From positions 7,815 through 71,814 of the IMG/VR virus record IMGVR_UViG_3300049581_000247: a stretch of DNA of 64,000 nucleotides. One strand, written 5' to 3'. The stretch is from a virus. Its lineage: Duplodnaviria; Caudoviricetes. The stretch's first letter is position 1. Every line of letters begins with the position of its first letter. The notes under the pieces are model-generated. The model had not been told where the DNA came from, ran no database searches, and saw only the letters and a list, made by a program, of their open reading frames with translations. This document shows positions 52,100-60,418 of this stretch, in pieces. Position numbers and translations under genes: made by a program.

Positions 52100-52789
52100 T
52101 CAGGCCGCGGCCGGAGCCGGAGCGGCCTCCGGCATCTTCGCCTTGCCGAGCGTGCGCTTGGCCGGCTTGCGACCGGTCTTGCCCAGCGTGCTGGCACTGG
52201 CCTTGACTTCATCGCCCTTGCCCTTCGCCTCGGCCTTAAGGTTGAAGACCGCGCCATGCGTGACGCGCTTCACCTTGCCGGCCTTGGTCCGGGTCAACTT
52301 GCCGCTGAGGAGCGCCTTGTCGCTCGGAAGCCGCGCCGCACGGGCCAAATACCCGCGCAACTCGGCCGCATGACGGCGGGCGAAGGAGTCGTGTAGCTTG
52401 TCGATTTCCTTCCGGACCGCACGCCACTCCACCCGCTGCCCATCGGTCAGGTCAGGAGCGAAGCCGAGCACCTTATTGAGGGTGCCTTTCAACTCGCCCT
52501 TGCTCTTGACCGTGATGTCCCGCGCCTTGCGCATCGCCGCACGGAATTTTTCGTCCGTGACCGCAACCCGCTCCGGCGCAACCTCGGCCAGCTTGGCGTT
52601 CGCCTCGGCCAGCTTGCGCTCAGCCTCGTTCAGCCGGCCCAGCAGTTCCTTGGCGTTGACCACGGGAGCTTGCCCGGGAGCCAAACGCGCCTTCCCCAGC
52701 TTGCCGCTCGGGACCGGCATCGCACTGCCCTGATTGGTGGCGCCAATAGTCGCGGTGGCGCCCGCCGCTTGGTTAGTCGTGTTGTTCAT
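52100..52789 (-). CDS. Lys/Ala/Arg-rich basic protein (229 aa), first gene after the non-coding gap
   Basis: MNNTTNQAAG; coiled coil then highly basic helices and a KA/PA tail. Confidence 0.75.
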   Translation of the reverse strand: MNNTTNQAAGATATIGATNQGSAMPVPSGKLGKARLAPGQAPVVNAKELLGRLNEAERKLAEANAKLAEVAPERVAVTDEKFRAAMRKARDITVKSKGELKGTLNKVLGFAPDLTDGQRVEWRAVRKEIDKLHDSFARRHAAELRGYLARAARLPSDKALLSGKLTRTKAGKVKRVTHGAVFNLKAEAKGKGDEVKASASTLGKTGRKPAKRTLGKAKMPEAAPAPAAA

Positions 52790-53461
52790 GTTTTGTCCCG
52801 TGTGCCGCGAGGCAACAGAGTCCGCACACCCACCCTCCCAACGGAGGCACAAAGTAGGGAGCGAAGTAACGCCCAGTGAGCACACTTCTGCACTGCGCGA
52901 GGTTGCGCTGGCCGATGCACTTGCACCCTATTCTGTGCCATCCGCCGGGAGTACCTAGCGGGTGTGACATGAGAGGAGACTTGTCAGAGAACGCGGAGGC
53001 GGTTCACCGCGAGGCGGACCGTCCTGAGTAGCGCCCCGGGAGAGACGCTACCCACCCTAGGCACGGCTGTAGTGGCTGCACCGATTTGACATAGGGGTTT
53101 AGCTAACCCCTTGATGTATAGTCCGCGTTAAGGGTAGTTCTAAACCCTAGGGAGTAGATTTACCCCCACCCCTCCCCGGGGAACGATAAGCGGCCCACCA
53201 TGGGAAGGATACACCCCGAACCCGAACTTTCCGCCTTACCCCCGGGTTTTACGGGGCTTGGCGGTATTTACGAGGGGGTTTTCGGCCGATGTTGACCTGC
53301 GGTCGCTTGGGCTCCCTGCGGTCACGTGTTTTGTCCTGGTCTTACAGACCAGTCAAATAGGGGGATGGGGGGGGATGGGCCATCCTGTCAAGCCATTTTT
53401 TAACTAGCCTGGGTTCAATTAAATTGGGCCACTGATCTCTCTCGGGACCTATGGCGTTCTT

Positions 53462-53626
53462 TTACAACCTTACTGAAGAACCTGTCGCGGGATGGTGGTA
53501 TTCGACGATGTAGCTCCGCCTGCAAGCATAGCAACCTTCGCCGTATCGCTTGGCAGAATCTATCCTAAGCCTATACCAGTGCATTGACTTAAGGTAATTC
53601 CGGTATGCCTTTTTATTGGTCTTCAT
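53462..53626 (-). pseudogene. Truncated HNH-endonuclease-like ORF
   Basis: YRNYLKSMHW..R..CYAC..EYHH, then an early stop; second half of the HNH motif absent; lower GC. Confidence 0.5.
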
Positions 53627-53703
53627 GACGGTGTTTTCTGTCACAAAAACAGTGCGGTTTTTCTTACGGGAAGGCGGGTCGATTATAGCCATCTTAGGGC
53701 GGT

Positions 53704-54093
53704 TTAGGCGGTGCTGCCGGCTTTGGCGAAGTGGGCCTTGGCTGCATCCATGGCGCGGTCGAGGTCGCCATTTATTGTGATCTCGAAGAGGAAGTGCCCG
53801 ACGCGGGCGGCGCAGTCCGACATCTGGTTGTGGGTCTGGATGAAGAATAGATTGTCGCTGTCATACTTGGCGAAGGATTCGGCCTGGCGATACCGGACGT
53901 TGGTGACGGCGGCGCAGTATTCCCAGACTTCGTGGATCAGGGTGCCCCAGATGTCGCGCTTGTCCTGCACATCGGCGCCGACCGTGATGTCTATCGTCTT
54001 CCCGTCGGGGGCCGTCCTGACTGAGCCGGAATTGCCCAGTTTGACGTTGAGGCGGAGCCGGGCCTTATCGTAGCTCAAAGGATATTCCCCCAC
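53704..54093 (-). CDS. Hypothetical protein with zincin-like LIHEVWE motif (about 129 aa; start uncertain)
   Basis: WGTLIHEVWEY; GTG start chosen to limit overlap. Confidence 0.5.
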   Translation of the reverse strand: MGEYPLSYDKARLRLNVKLGNSGSVRTAPDGKTIDITVGADVQDKRDIWGTLIHEVWEYCAAVTNVRYRQAESFAKYDSDNLFFIQTHNQMSDCAARVGHFLFEITINGDLDRAMDAAKAHFAKAGSTA

Positions 54094-54406
54094 CAGGATC
54101 AGGCCGTTCTTGTCCGGCTTCAACGGTGTCTTTCGGGCGCTCCTTGTGGCGGCCTTTCTTTTTGCCGCCGGCCTGCTCGCGAAGGTAGGCCTCGAGGCGT
54201 TCCGCGTCTTTTTCCGCTTGTTCTTTGGTTTCATGGTGGAAGTTGAGGCTGGAGGGCCAGTTGCCGCCGCAGAACAGCCTGGGGCCGGCCGGGGCTGGCT
54301 TGCCATCGAGGAAACCGATGCCGGTCAGCCAGAGGGAGAAGGTGGCCCCGCATGGCCTGACCTCAACCAGTGATGACTGAGATGACGTCTTGGGCGGATT
54401 GGGCAT
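54065..54406 (-). CDS. Hypothetical protein (start uncertain)
   Basis: ORF track; HETKEQAEKDAERLEAYL. Confidence 0.5.
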   Translation of the reverse strand: MPNPPKTSSQSSLVEVRPCGATFSLWLTGIGFLDGKPAPAGPRLFCGGNWPSSLNFHHETKEQAEKDAERLEAYLREQAGGKKKGRHKERPKDTVEAGQERPDPGGGISFELR

Positions 54407-54731
54407 GGATATCGGCCTCCTTGCGTCTCAGCCTTGCGACGGATTCCCTGGCGAGGTCGAGCAGTTCGATGGTGCCCGAGTTTGGGCCGGTGGGACCCGG
54501 CTTGATGCCGATGGGGGCTGGCGCGGCGGGACGATTAATCCGGTAGAGGCGCTCCATGAGGGCCTCGAGATTGTCGATGCCCCAGAACGCCTCGTCTCGT
54601 TGCGGTGCGCCGGTCGGAAGATTGGTTCGGGCAGCCAGCGTGGCCATTATTTCCTCGTGCCGCCCCATCCGGGCAAACTCTTCCGGTGTCATTGGACGAA
54701 TCATCGGCCCATTCCAGTTGAATTCATTCAT
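54363..54731 (-). CDS. Hypothetical protein (122 aa)
   Basis: ORF track; ATGA coupling. Confidence 0.6.
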   Translation of the reverse strand: MNEFNWNGPMIRPMTPEEFARMGRHEEIMATLAARTNLPTGAPQRDEAFWGIDNLEALMERLYRINRPAAPAPIGIKPGPTGPNSGTIELLDLARESVARLRRKEADIHAQSAQDVISVITG

Positions 54732-55054
54732 TCCTTGATCGCCAGTTCCGGCGCCCCCGATCTGACTGGCACGAGTTTGAAGTCATTGGGACCGGCCTGC
54801 ATGACGTCGGCCATGTAGGGCCAGTCGAACATGACGGATTGGCGCAGCTCCATGCAGAACCAGAGGGTGCGGTTGATGAACTTGTCAGCCTTCTGCCGGG
54901 CGCGGACCGGCCGGTTGGCGCTGAAGATCATGGCCGGGATGGCATTGGTGCAGAGCACCTTGCCGTTGATCCCACAGGGCTTCCCCTTGCAGGTCACGAT
55001 GTAGTGATCAATCTTGATGCGACGCTGACGTTTTGGTGTTTTTCCCTGATTCAT
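54728..55054 (-). CDS. Hypothetical protein (108 aa)
   Basis: ORF track; GC3 bias. Confidence 0.65.
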   Translation of the reverse strand: MNQGKTPKRQRRIKIDHYIVTCKGKPCGINGKVLCTNAIPAMIFSANRPVRARQKADKFINRTLWFCMELRQSVMFDWPYMADVMQAGPNDFKLVPVRSGAPELAIKE

Positions 55055-55214
55055 GTTGTTTGTTGCTGATGGTGGCTAGTTTGCGCTTCATGGAGGTGCT
55101 GGTGACCTCGGTCAGCACGCCATTGACGTACTTGAAGGTTCTCCGGCGCTTTCCGTTCTTGGCGCAAAAGGGGGTGTTGAACTTGCGGACGTAGGCGTTC
55201 TTCAGGGAGTTCAT
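55008..55214 (-). CDS. Small basic protein (68 aa)
   Basis: ORF track; ATGA coupling. Confidence 0.55.
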   Translation of the reverse strand: MNSLKNAYVRKFNTPFCAKNGKRRRTFKYVNGVLTEVTSTSMKRKLATISNKQHESGKNTKTSASHQD

Positions 55215-55456
55215 TGGGTGGAATCCGTGATGAACTCGCGAGCCGACTCGATGGCGGCGAAGACGTTGCCGTTGACGATGTGCATCTTGCGGTAGGAGTT
55301 GTGGTTCGGGTGCTTGACCGTGACGATGATGACCAGGCTTTCGCAGTGCTCGCAGATGCGAAGGGAGGCCTTCCGCATTTCCTCCATGAGCGGCGTCTCG
55401 GGGTTGTGGGGGAATTCCGCGCCGGCTGGGACGATGCCGATGTTGTTATGCGACAT
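55211..55456 (-). CDS. Hypothetical protein (81 aa)
   Basis: ORF track. Confidence 0.6.
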   Translation of the reverse strand: MSHNNIGIVPAGAEFPHNPETPLMEEMRKASLRICEHCESLVIIVTVKHPNHNSYRKMHIVNGNVFAAIESAREFITDSTQ

Positions 55457-55661
55457 GACCCAGGTCCTCCAGGATCAGGTACTCATTGCTCCGGCACCAG
55501 AACTGGTTGCCGCCCCGGTTCTCGAAGCGGTAGTTGAGGCCGGTCGGGCTGACCTCGCGCAGGATGTATTCAATCCGGACGCTGTCGTTGGCGGCGGGCT
55601 GGACGATCAGCCGGTGGTCCAGGAGCATCTTCGGATTTAGGGTGGCGGTCGGTTTGTTCAT
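55446..55661 (-). CDS. Small beta-rich protein (71 aa)
   Basis: MNKPTATLNP; A/C-rich leader. Confidence 0.6.
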   Translation of the reverse strand: MNKPTATLNPKMLLDHRLIVQPAANDSVRIEYILREVSPTGLNYRFENRGGNQFWCRSNEYLILEDLGHVA

Positions 55662-55701
55662 TTTCTTGCTGGTGAGGCCAGGTTGTGCTGGTTGTTGGTT
55701 A

Positions 55702-56040
55702 ATGTTCAAGGCATTTCGCAATTTAGGGCCGTTTCGTCTCAGGCGGTCGCGGGTGGCCGAGTGGCGACGGGTCATGGCGGTTGAGGTTGCCACACCAAAA
55801 TGGGGCCACATCATCCGGCTCATGCTGAGCCCGTGGCGGTGGCCGCGTCCGGGCGTCAGGCGCTTCCGGTATCGCGCGTGCCTGCGCTGCCCGGTGTTCG
55901 ACCGGAATCTCCGGCGCTGCCGCCCCTACAACGGGAGCGCGATTGGCTGCGGATGCTATGTCCCCTACGCGATCGCTGCCGGCCAGAAGTGCTGGCTGAG
56001 GAAGGCCGGGATTGAGCTGGAGGGTCATGGTTACGATTGA
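55702..56040 (+). CDS. Cys-rich putative metal-binding protein; only plus-strand gene supported (start 55702, 55774 or 55822)
   Basis: RYRACLRCPVFD..RRCRPY.GS.IGCGCY..KCW; third codon positions overwhelmingly G/C in this frame. Confidence 0.65.
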   Translation: MFKAFRNLGPFRLRRSRVAEWRRVMAVEVATPKWGHIIRLMLSPWRWPRPGVRRFRYRACLRCPVFDRNLRRCRPYNGSAIGCGCYVPYAIAAGQKCWLRKAGIELEGHGYD

Positions 56041-57389
56041 GGCTGGGTGGAGCGGTCGATCTCGAGGAACCGCGCGGCCGTCTTGTGGAAGTTCATGCCA
56101 AGGTAGTGGACGCCGACGTTGCGTCCTTTCTTCTGCATGAGATCGGCGTAAACCATCGAGACCGTGTCGTCGTCGGGTTTCTGCGGGTTCTTGGTGAGCG
56201 GGTTGGTGTCGGGCCAGTGGATGAAGATCACCCGGTCGGCGTCCTGCTCGATATTGCCCGATTCGCGCAGGTCGGAGAGCATGGGTTCGCGGTTGTTCTC
56301 CCTTTCCTGGGCGCGGTTCAGCTGGGAGAGGATCACGATCACGATGTTCAGTTCCATCGCGAGGTTCTTGAGCTGCCGGGTGATGCGGCCGATCATCATG
56401 TCGCGCGTCTCCCCCTTGGCCATCTTCTCCTCGATCAGCTGGAGGTAGTCGATGTACACCACATCCAGCGGCTTGGCGGCGTGCATCTGGCGGATGCGGG
56501 CGACGATGGCGGGGAACTTGCATTCGGTCGAGATGTATAGGCGGGGGCAGGAGCCGATATCCCTCATCCACTTGAGGTAGAGCTTCTGCTTCTCCGTGGG
56601 GTAGCTGGCTCCGTCCCGGTGATTCACCCCGCTGATCGCCTGCACGATATTCTGGACGACCTCGCGCTTGTCCGCCTCGAGCGAGAAGATGAGCGTCTCG
56701 CGCTCCGCCCGGTAGGCGTTGTGCGCGGCCGACATCCGCATGAAGGAGCTCTTGCCGCGCCCCGGACGGGCGGCGAGGACGACCAGCTCCTTCCGGCGGA
56801 AGGGGCGGAGGATTTGGTCGGCCCCCCGCCACCCGACCGAGATGTCGTTCTCGTCCCCCCTCACCCGGCCGGCGACGATCTCCTCGAACTCCTTCGCCGC
56901 CGCCTCGGCCGCCGGCTTGATCCGGACATTGTCGCTCTTCGTGTTCAGGCTGAAGAGGAGCTGGATGATGTCGTTGGCGAACTGGTCGGTGTCGCCGTCG
57001 AAGGCGTGGCACCGCTCGATCGCCTCGCCGCCCTGCCGGATGATCTGGCGCAGGACGGACATGTGCTTCACTTTCTCGATGAAGAACGGGCTGTCCGCCG
57101 TGGTGGGCACCCGGGAGCTGATCTTCATGACGTAATCCATGCCGCCAACCCAGTCCAGCTCATTGGCGATGCGAAGCTCCTCCACGAGCGAGGCCGTATC
57201 GATCGGCTTCCCATCCATCAGCATCTGGGAGAGCCGGGCGAAGATGACCCCGTTGGCATCGATGTAGAACGAGCGCTGGTCGATCTTTGCGTCGATCGCC
57301 CGCGAGATCACATCCGGGCCGTCGAGCAGGCAGCACGACAGCAGGTATTCCTCCGCCTCTACGCTGTGAGGTGGCAGACGTGGGGCCAT
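56031..57389 (-). CDS. dnaB: Replicative DNA helicase (452 aa)
   Basis: PPHSVEAEEYLL, AARPGRGKS, IFSLE, YIDYLQL, LSQLNR, LRESGNIEQDAD, KGRN. Confidence 0.97.
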   Translation of the reverse strand: MAPRLPPHSVEAEEYLLSCCLLDGPDVISRAIDAKIDQRSFYIDANGVIFARLSQMLMDGKPIDTASLVEELRIANELDWVGGMDYVMKISSRVPTTADSPFFIEKVKHMSVLRQIIRQGGEAIERCHAFDGDTDQFANDIIQLLFSLNTKSDNVRIKPAAEAAAKEFEEIVAGRVRGDENDISVGWRGADQILRPFRRKELVVLAARPGRGKSSFMRMSAAHNAYRAERETLIFSLEADKREVVQNIVQAISGVNHRDGASYPTEKQKLYLKWMRDIGSCPRLYISTECKFPAIVARIRQMHAAKPLDVVYIDYLQLIEEKMAKGETRDMMIGRITRQLKNLAMELNIVIVILSQLNRAQERENNREPMLSDLRESGNIEQDADRVIFIHWPDTNPLTKNPQKPDDDTVSMVYADLMQKKGRNVGVHYLGMNFHKTAARFLEIDRSTQPQS

Positions 57390-57397
57390 GGGTTGAT

Positions 57398-58003
57398 TCA
57401 GGCCCTGAGGTTCTCGGCGATGCGGGATGGCCTGGCTCCGGGGCGGACGGCACCGTCGTATCGGCCCTCCATGATGCGGAGGGCGTTGGTGGGGGCGGTG
57501 ATCCAGTCGAAGTCGCAGGAGTGCCACTTGCCGTCCTGGCCCGATAGGAACGGCGATACTCCGGCGCGGAGGAACAGGGCCGCGATGTCGATCTTCTCGT
57601 CGTGCAGGCGCTCGATGGCCTTTCTTCGGGACGGCGTGATCTTCAGCACTTTGGGCATCGTGGGGCAGAGGACATGGTACTCGTTGACGACCTTCTCGAA
57701 ATATCCATCCAGCATGGACGGGACCGGTTCCTTCCTGGCTTCGACCGGGGCACGGGAGCCGGTCTTCGTGATGATGCCGCCGTCATCCGAGACGACCCCG
57801 ATCTTCGCGAGGTTGGCGACGGATACCCCGATCTCGATCTCGGGGATTCCCATGTACCGGGCCAGGGCTTCGTGGGTCGTGTACTCGGGGTCGATCAGGT
57901 CGATGAAGGCGAACGCGCACTTGTCGGTCCAGGTCAGGTCTTTGTGCTGCCAAATCGCGGCGGGAATGAATACCCCCTTGAGGGGGAAGTGAATGCGGGA
58001 CAT
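57398..58003 (-). CDS. Replication initiator/replisome organiser-like protein (201 aa)
   Basis: N-terminal winged-HTH-like region, C-terminal DFDWI..N..RIMEGRYD; upstream of dnaB. Confidence 0.7.
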   Translation of the reverse strand: MSRIHFPLKGVFIPAAIWQHKDLTWTDKCAFAFIDLIDPEYTTHEALARYMGIPEIEIGVSVANLAKIGVVSDDGGIITKTGSRAPVEARKEPVPSMLDGYFEKVVNEYHVLCPTMPKVLKITPSRRKAIERLHDEKIDIAALFLRAGVSPFLSGQDGKWHSCDFDWITAPTNALRIMEGRYDGAVRPGARPSRIAENLRA

Positions 58004-58051
58004 GGGGAGTGTTGCTGGTGTTGTTGTTTTCAGGGCCGGGTCAACTGCCGC

Positions 58052-58522
58052 TTAGAACGGGGCGTCCTGATCGGTATCGACCGCTCCGCCGCCATGCGTG
58101 GCCGGCTTCGGCTCGGTCGGGGTGAACTCGCTCTGCTTGGGCGCTTCACCGGGCGATTCCCTCTCGGGCCACTTGACGACGCTGAACCGGTCGGCCGCAA
58201 CGCTGTAGTAGACCCGGGGCCGGTCCCGGCCGTCCTCTTTCTTGGAATACTGGCGAAGGGCGCCGGAGACGATCACCTCCATGCCCTTCTTGAGGTATTT
58301 GACCGCCTGCTCTGCGGTGCGGCCGACGAAGCGGACACCGAGGGCGACCTCCTCCTTCTCGTAGGGCGCGGCGCCGAAGACGCCGAAGAACTCGGTCATC
58401 TCGAGGGGGTTGGCGGGATCGCCGAGCTCGCGCATCGGCTCCATCTCGGTCATGATCCGGCAGTGGCCGATGAACTGGTGGAACCGGCGTCCCGGCTTGT
58501 ACTGTTTCTTTTCGTTACTCAT
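58052..58522 (-). CDS. ssb: Single-stranded DNA-binding protein (156 aa)
   Basis: VRFVGRTAE..YLKKGMEVIVSGALR; C-terminal DQDAPF tail. Confidence 0.8.
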   Translation of the reverse strand: MSNEKKQYKPGRRFHQFIGHCRIMTEMEPMRELGDPANPLEMTEFFGVFGAAPYEKEEVALGVRFVGRTAEQAVKYLKKGMEVIVSGALRQYSKKEDGRDRPRVYYSVAADRFSVVKWPERESPGEAPKQSEFTPTEPKPATHGGGAVDTDQDAPF

Positions 58523-58890
58523 TGGGTTTGATTTGGTTTGAGCTTTCGGATGATAATTTTTGTGCCCTCTTCGCAGCGGTGTAGAACCCTAACCTGACGC
58601 GCCGACGCCTTGACCGAATAGGGTTCGTCATTGGGGATGAGGTTGTGATATCTGAGCTGGTCGACGAAGGGCTTGATGAAGTGATTGTCTGAATCCTGGG
58701 GGCGGGTGGTGTATAGCACGAACTCCACTCGATACCGCGCGAGTCCAGAGAGGTCCGTAGCGCCCGCTGGATTCCCGTCTTCAGTGAGGCGAAAATCATC
58801 GGGTGGCACCCGATCAGGCGGTTCAGGCTGAGCACCCGGCAATTGAGCCAGAGCACCAGCGGCCTCTCCTCTGTGACTGCTTCGCGGCAT
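58519..58890 (-). CDS. RusA-like Holliday junction resolvase
   Basis: DSDNHFIKPFVDQL..IPNDE. Confidence 0.65.
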   Translation of the reverse strand: MPRSSHRGEAAGALAQLPGAQPEPPDRVPPDDFRLTEDGNPAGATDLSGLARYRVEFVLYTTRPQDSDNHFIKPFVDQLRYHNLIPNDEPYSVKASARQVRVLHRCEEGTKIIIRKLKPNQTQ

Positions 58891-58891
58891 G

Positions 58892-59131
58892 TCATGTCGT
58901 CGTGGTTGACGGCGCCGGGATTTGCTCGTCGGTGAGCGTGGTTTCGAAGACGGGCTCGAACTGGCCCACCTTCCATTGCGTCTTGAAGGTCGCCTTCACG
59001 AGCAGGTTCTTTCTCGGCGAGAGCAGCAGGGCCAGCCTGTCCCGGAAGGACGGATGGACGAGGTGCTCGGCCTGGATCATGAAGGTGAACTTGGGCGGGA
59101 GCGGTTTCGCATCCCTGTCGCGGCGGTTCAT
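58892..59131 (-). CDS. Hypothetical protein (79 aa)
   Basis: ATGA overlap at 59131. Confidence 0.6.
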   Translation of the reverse strand: MNRRDRDAKPLPPKFTFMIQAEHLVHPSFRDRLALLLSPRKNLLVKATFKTQWKVGQFEPVFETTLTDEQIPAPSTTTT

Positions 59132-59481
59132 TTGATGCGGATGCCGCCGACCGTCTCGCCGCCGCGCTTGACCGACGGGTCGAAGTACAGGGTGATCTTC
59201 TGGCCGCGCCACTTCTTGGTGTCGGTCCCGAACTTGCGGACCAGGGTCTTGCGGTTGACGGCGGCGCGCAGGACGAGCTGCTTCTGCTTGCCGGCGAACT
59301 TGAGGGCGGGGATATCCCGCTCCTTCCGGCCCGCCTCGAAGGCGACCTCGTCGTACACGAGCACATCCTCGATCGTGACCTCGACATCGCCGAGGCCGTT
59401 CAGGTCCTCCCCGGCGAGCCAGGGGGACGGTTTGCGGAGCAGGCCGCTGAGGCCCTCGAATGAATGAGCGTTGGGTTCCAT
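59128..59481 (-). CDS. Conserved OB-fold-like phage protein usually paired with recombination exonucleases (117 aa)
   Basis: WLAGEDL..VTIEDV..LKF..KQLVL..N..FGTDT..WRGQKITLY..GGIRI. Confidence 0.7.
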   Translation of the reverse strand: MEPNAHSFEGLSGLLRKPSPWLAGEDLNGLGDVEVTIEDVLVYDEVAFEAGRKERDIPALKFAGKQKQLVLRAAVNRKTLVRKFGTDTKKWRGQKITLYFDPSVKRGGETVGGIRIK

Positions 59482-59487
59482 GGTATT

Positions 59488-60414
59488 TTATGATTCTTCT
59501 TCGTCGTCGTTGGTGGCCGAGGTCATTCCGGTGAGGAGCGACTTGTCGGAGTAAGATGAGTCGGGCAGGTCGATGAAGCCCGGCCTGTCCGATGAATCCG
59601 ACCATTCCGGCCAGGTGTCGGTCATGCGGCAAGCCCGAAGTTTCGATATGTCCTTGTCGATCAACATATCGCCCGTATCCATGGCGGAGGCGGCAAGCTG
59701 CTTGACGTTGACCTTCGGGAGCCGCCCCTTCTCCAGGATGACAAAGAAATAGCGGACGCTCTTGGCGCCGAGCAGGGTCGCCAGCAGCCGATACATCGCG
59801 GCCTGCTTGTGATAAAACCGCTTCCTGATCTCCCACGAGAATGTGTTGGTGTCTCCAGCCTTGGCGGTCTTGAAGTCGGTGATGGTGATGATGAGCTGCC
59901 CGTCGCCGTCCCGCTCCAGCTGCATGTAATCCGGCCGGCCCTTGATGAGGAACCCGCAGCCCGGGTAGCGGGCGAAGAGCGAGACCTCGGCATAGCCGCC
60001 CGTCAGGAGCGGCTGGGCGAGCGGATGGTCGATGATGTACCGGGCGACGCTCTTGCTGGCATCGGCCTCCTCCTGGCTGATAATGGGCCGGTCCCTGTGC
60101 GCCTCGAGCCACGCCCTGCACTCGGAGGCTCCGGCGTGCCACTTCTTGTTTTCCGGCCCATAGGTGGCGGGCTGGACATAATAGGGCAGCTCCCTGCCCT
60201 CCAGGAGCTCGCTGTGGATGATGGAACCGAGCTCCATCTCATGGGAGCGGACGAAGGGCAGAAGGCCGAGGCGGGTCCGGTGATAGTCCAGCGGGGAGCG
60301 GGAGAGGATTCTCAGCTCCGAGTTGGAGATGCCGGGAGCCCGGCGGTAGACCTCATTGGGGACGTTGAGGAAGGCCCCGACCTTCTCGGGGATGAATTCG
60401 TGGAAGAGTTCCAT
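59488..60414 (-). CDS. RecE/exonuclease VIII-like PD-(D/E)xK nuclease (308 aa)
   Basis: GISNSEL, LGSIIH, EVSLF, KGRPDY, DFKT, YHKQAAMY. Confidence 0.88.
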   Translation of the reverse strand: MELFHEFIPEKVGAFLNVPNEVYRRAPGISNSELRILSRSPLDYHRTRLGLLPFVRSHEMELGSIIHSELLEGRELPYYVQPATYGPENKKWHAGASECRAWLEAHRDRPIISQEEADASKSVARYIIDHPLAQPLLTGGYAEVSLFARYPGCGFLIKGRPDYMQLERDGDGQLIITITDFKTAKAGDTNTFSWEIRKRFYHKQAAMYRLLATLLGAKSVRYFFVILEKGRLPKVNVKQLAASAMDTGDMLIDKDISKLRACRMTDTWPEWSDSSDRPGFIDLPDSSYSDKSLLTGMTSATNDDEEES

Positions 60415-60418
60415 CGTG

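Noticed and set aside
53086-53391. Sigma70 promoters from TTGACA at 53086 (+) and 53386-53391 (-)
   Set aside because: No -10 hexamer at 16-18 bp spacing in either case
56619-57992. 457 aa plus-strand ORF and the 429 aa minus ORF 55723..57012
   Set aside because: Shadow or alternate frames of dnaB and the initiator; only the 3' part of the minus ORF is discussed, as a possible overlap
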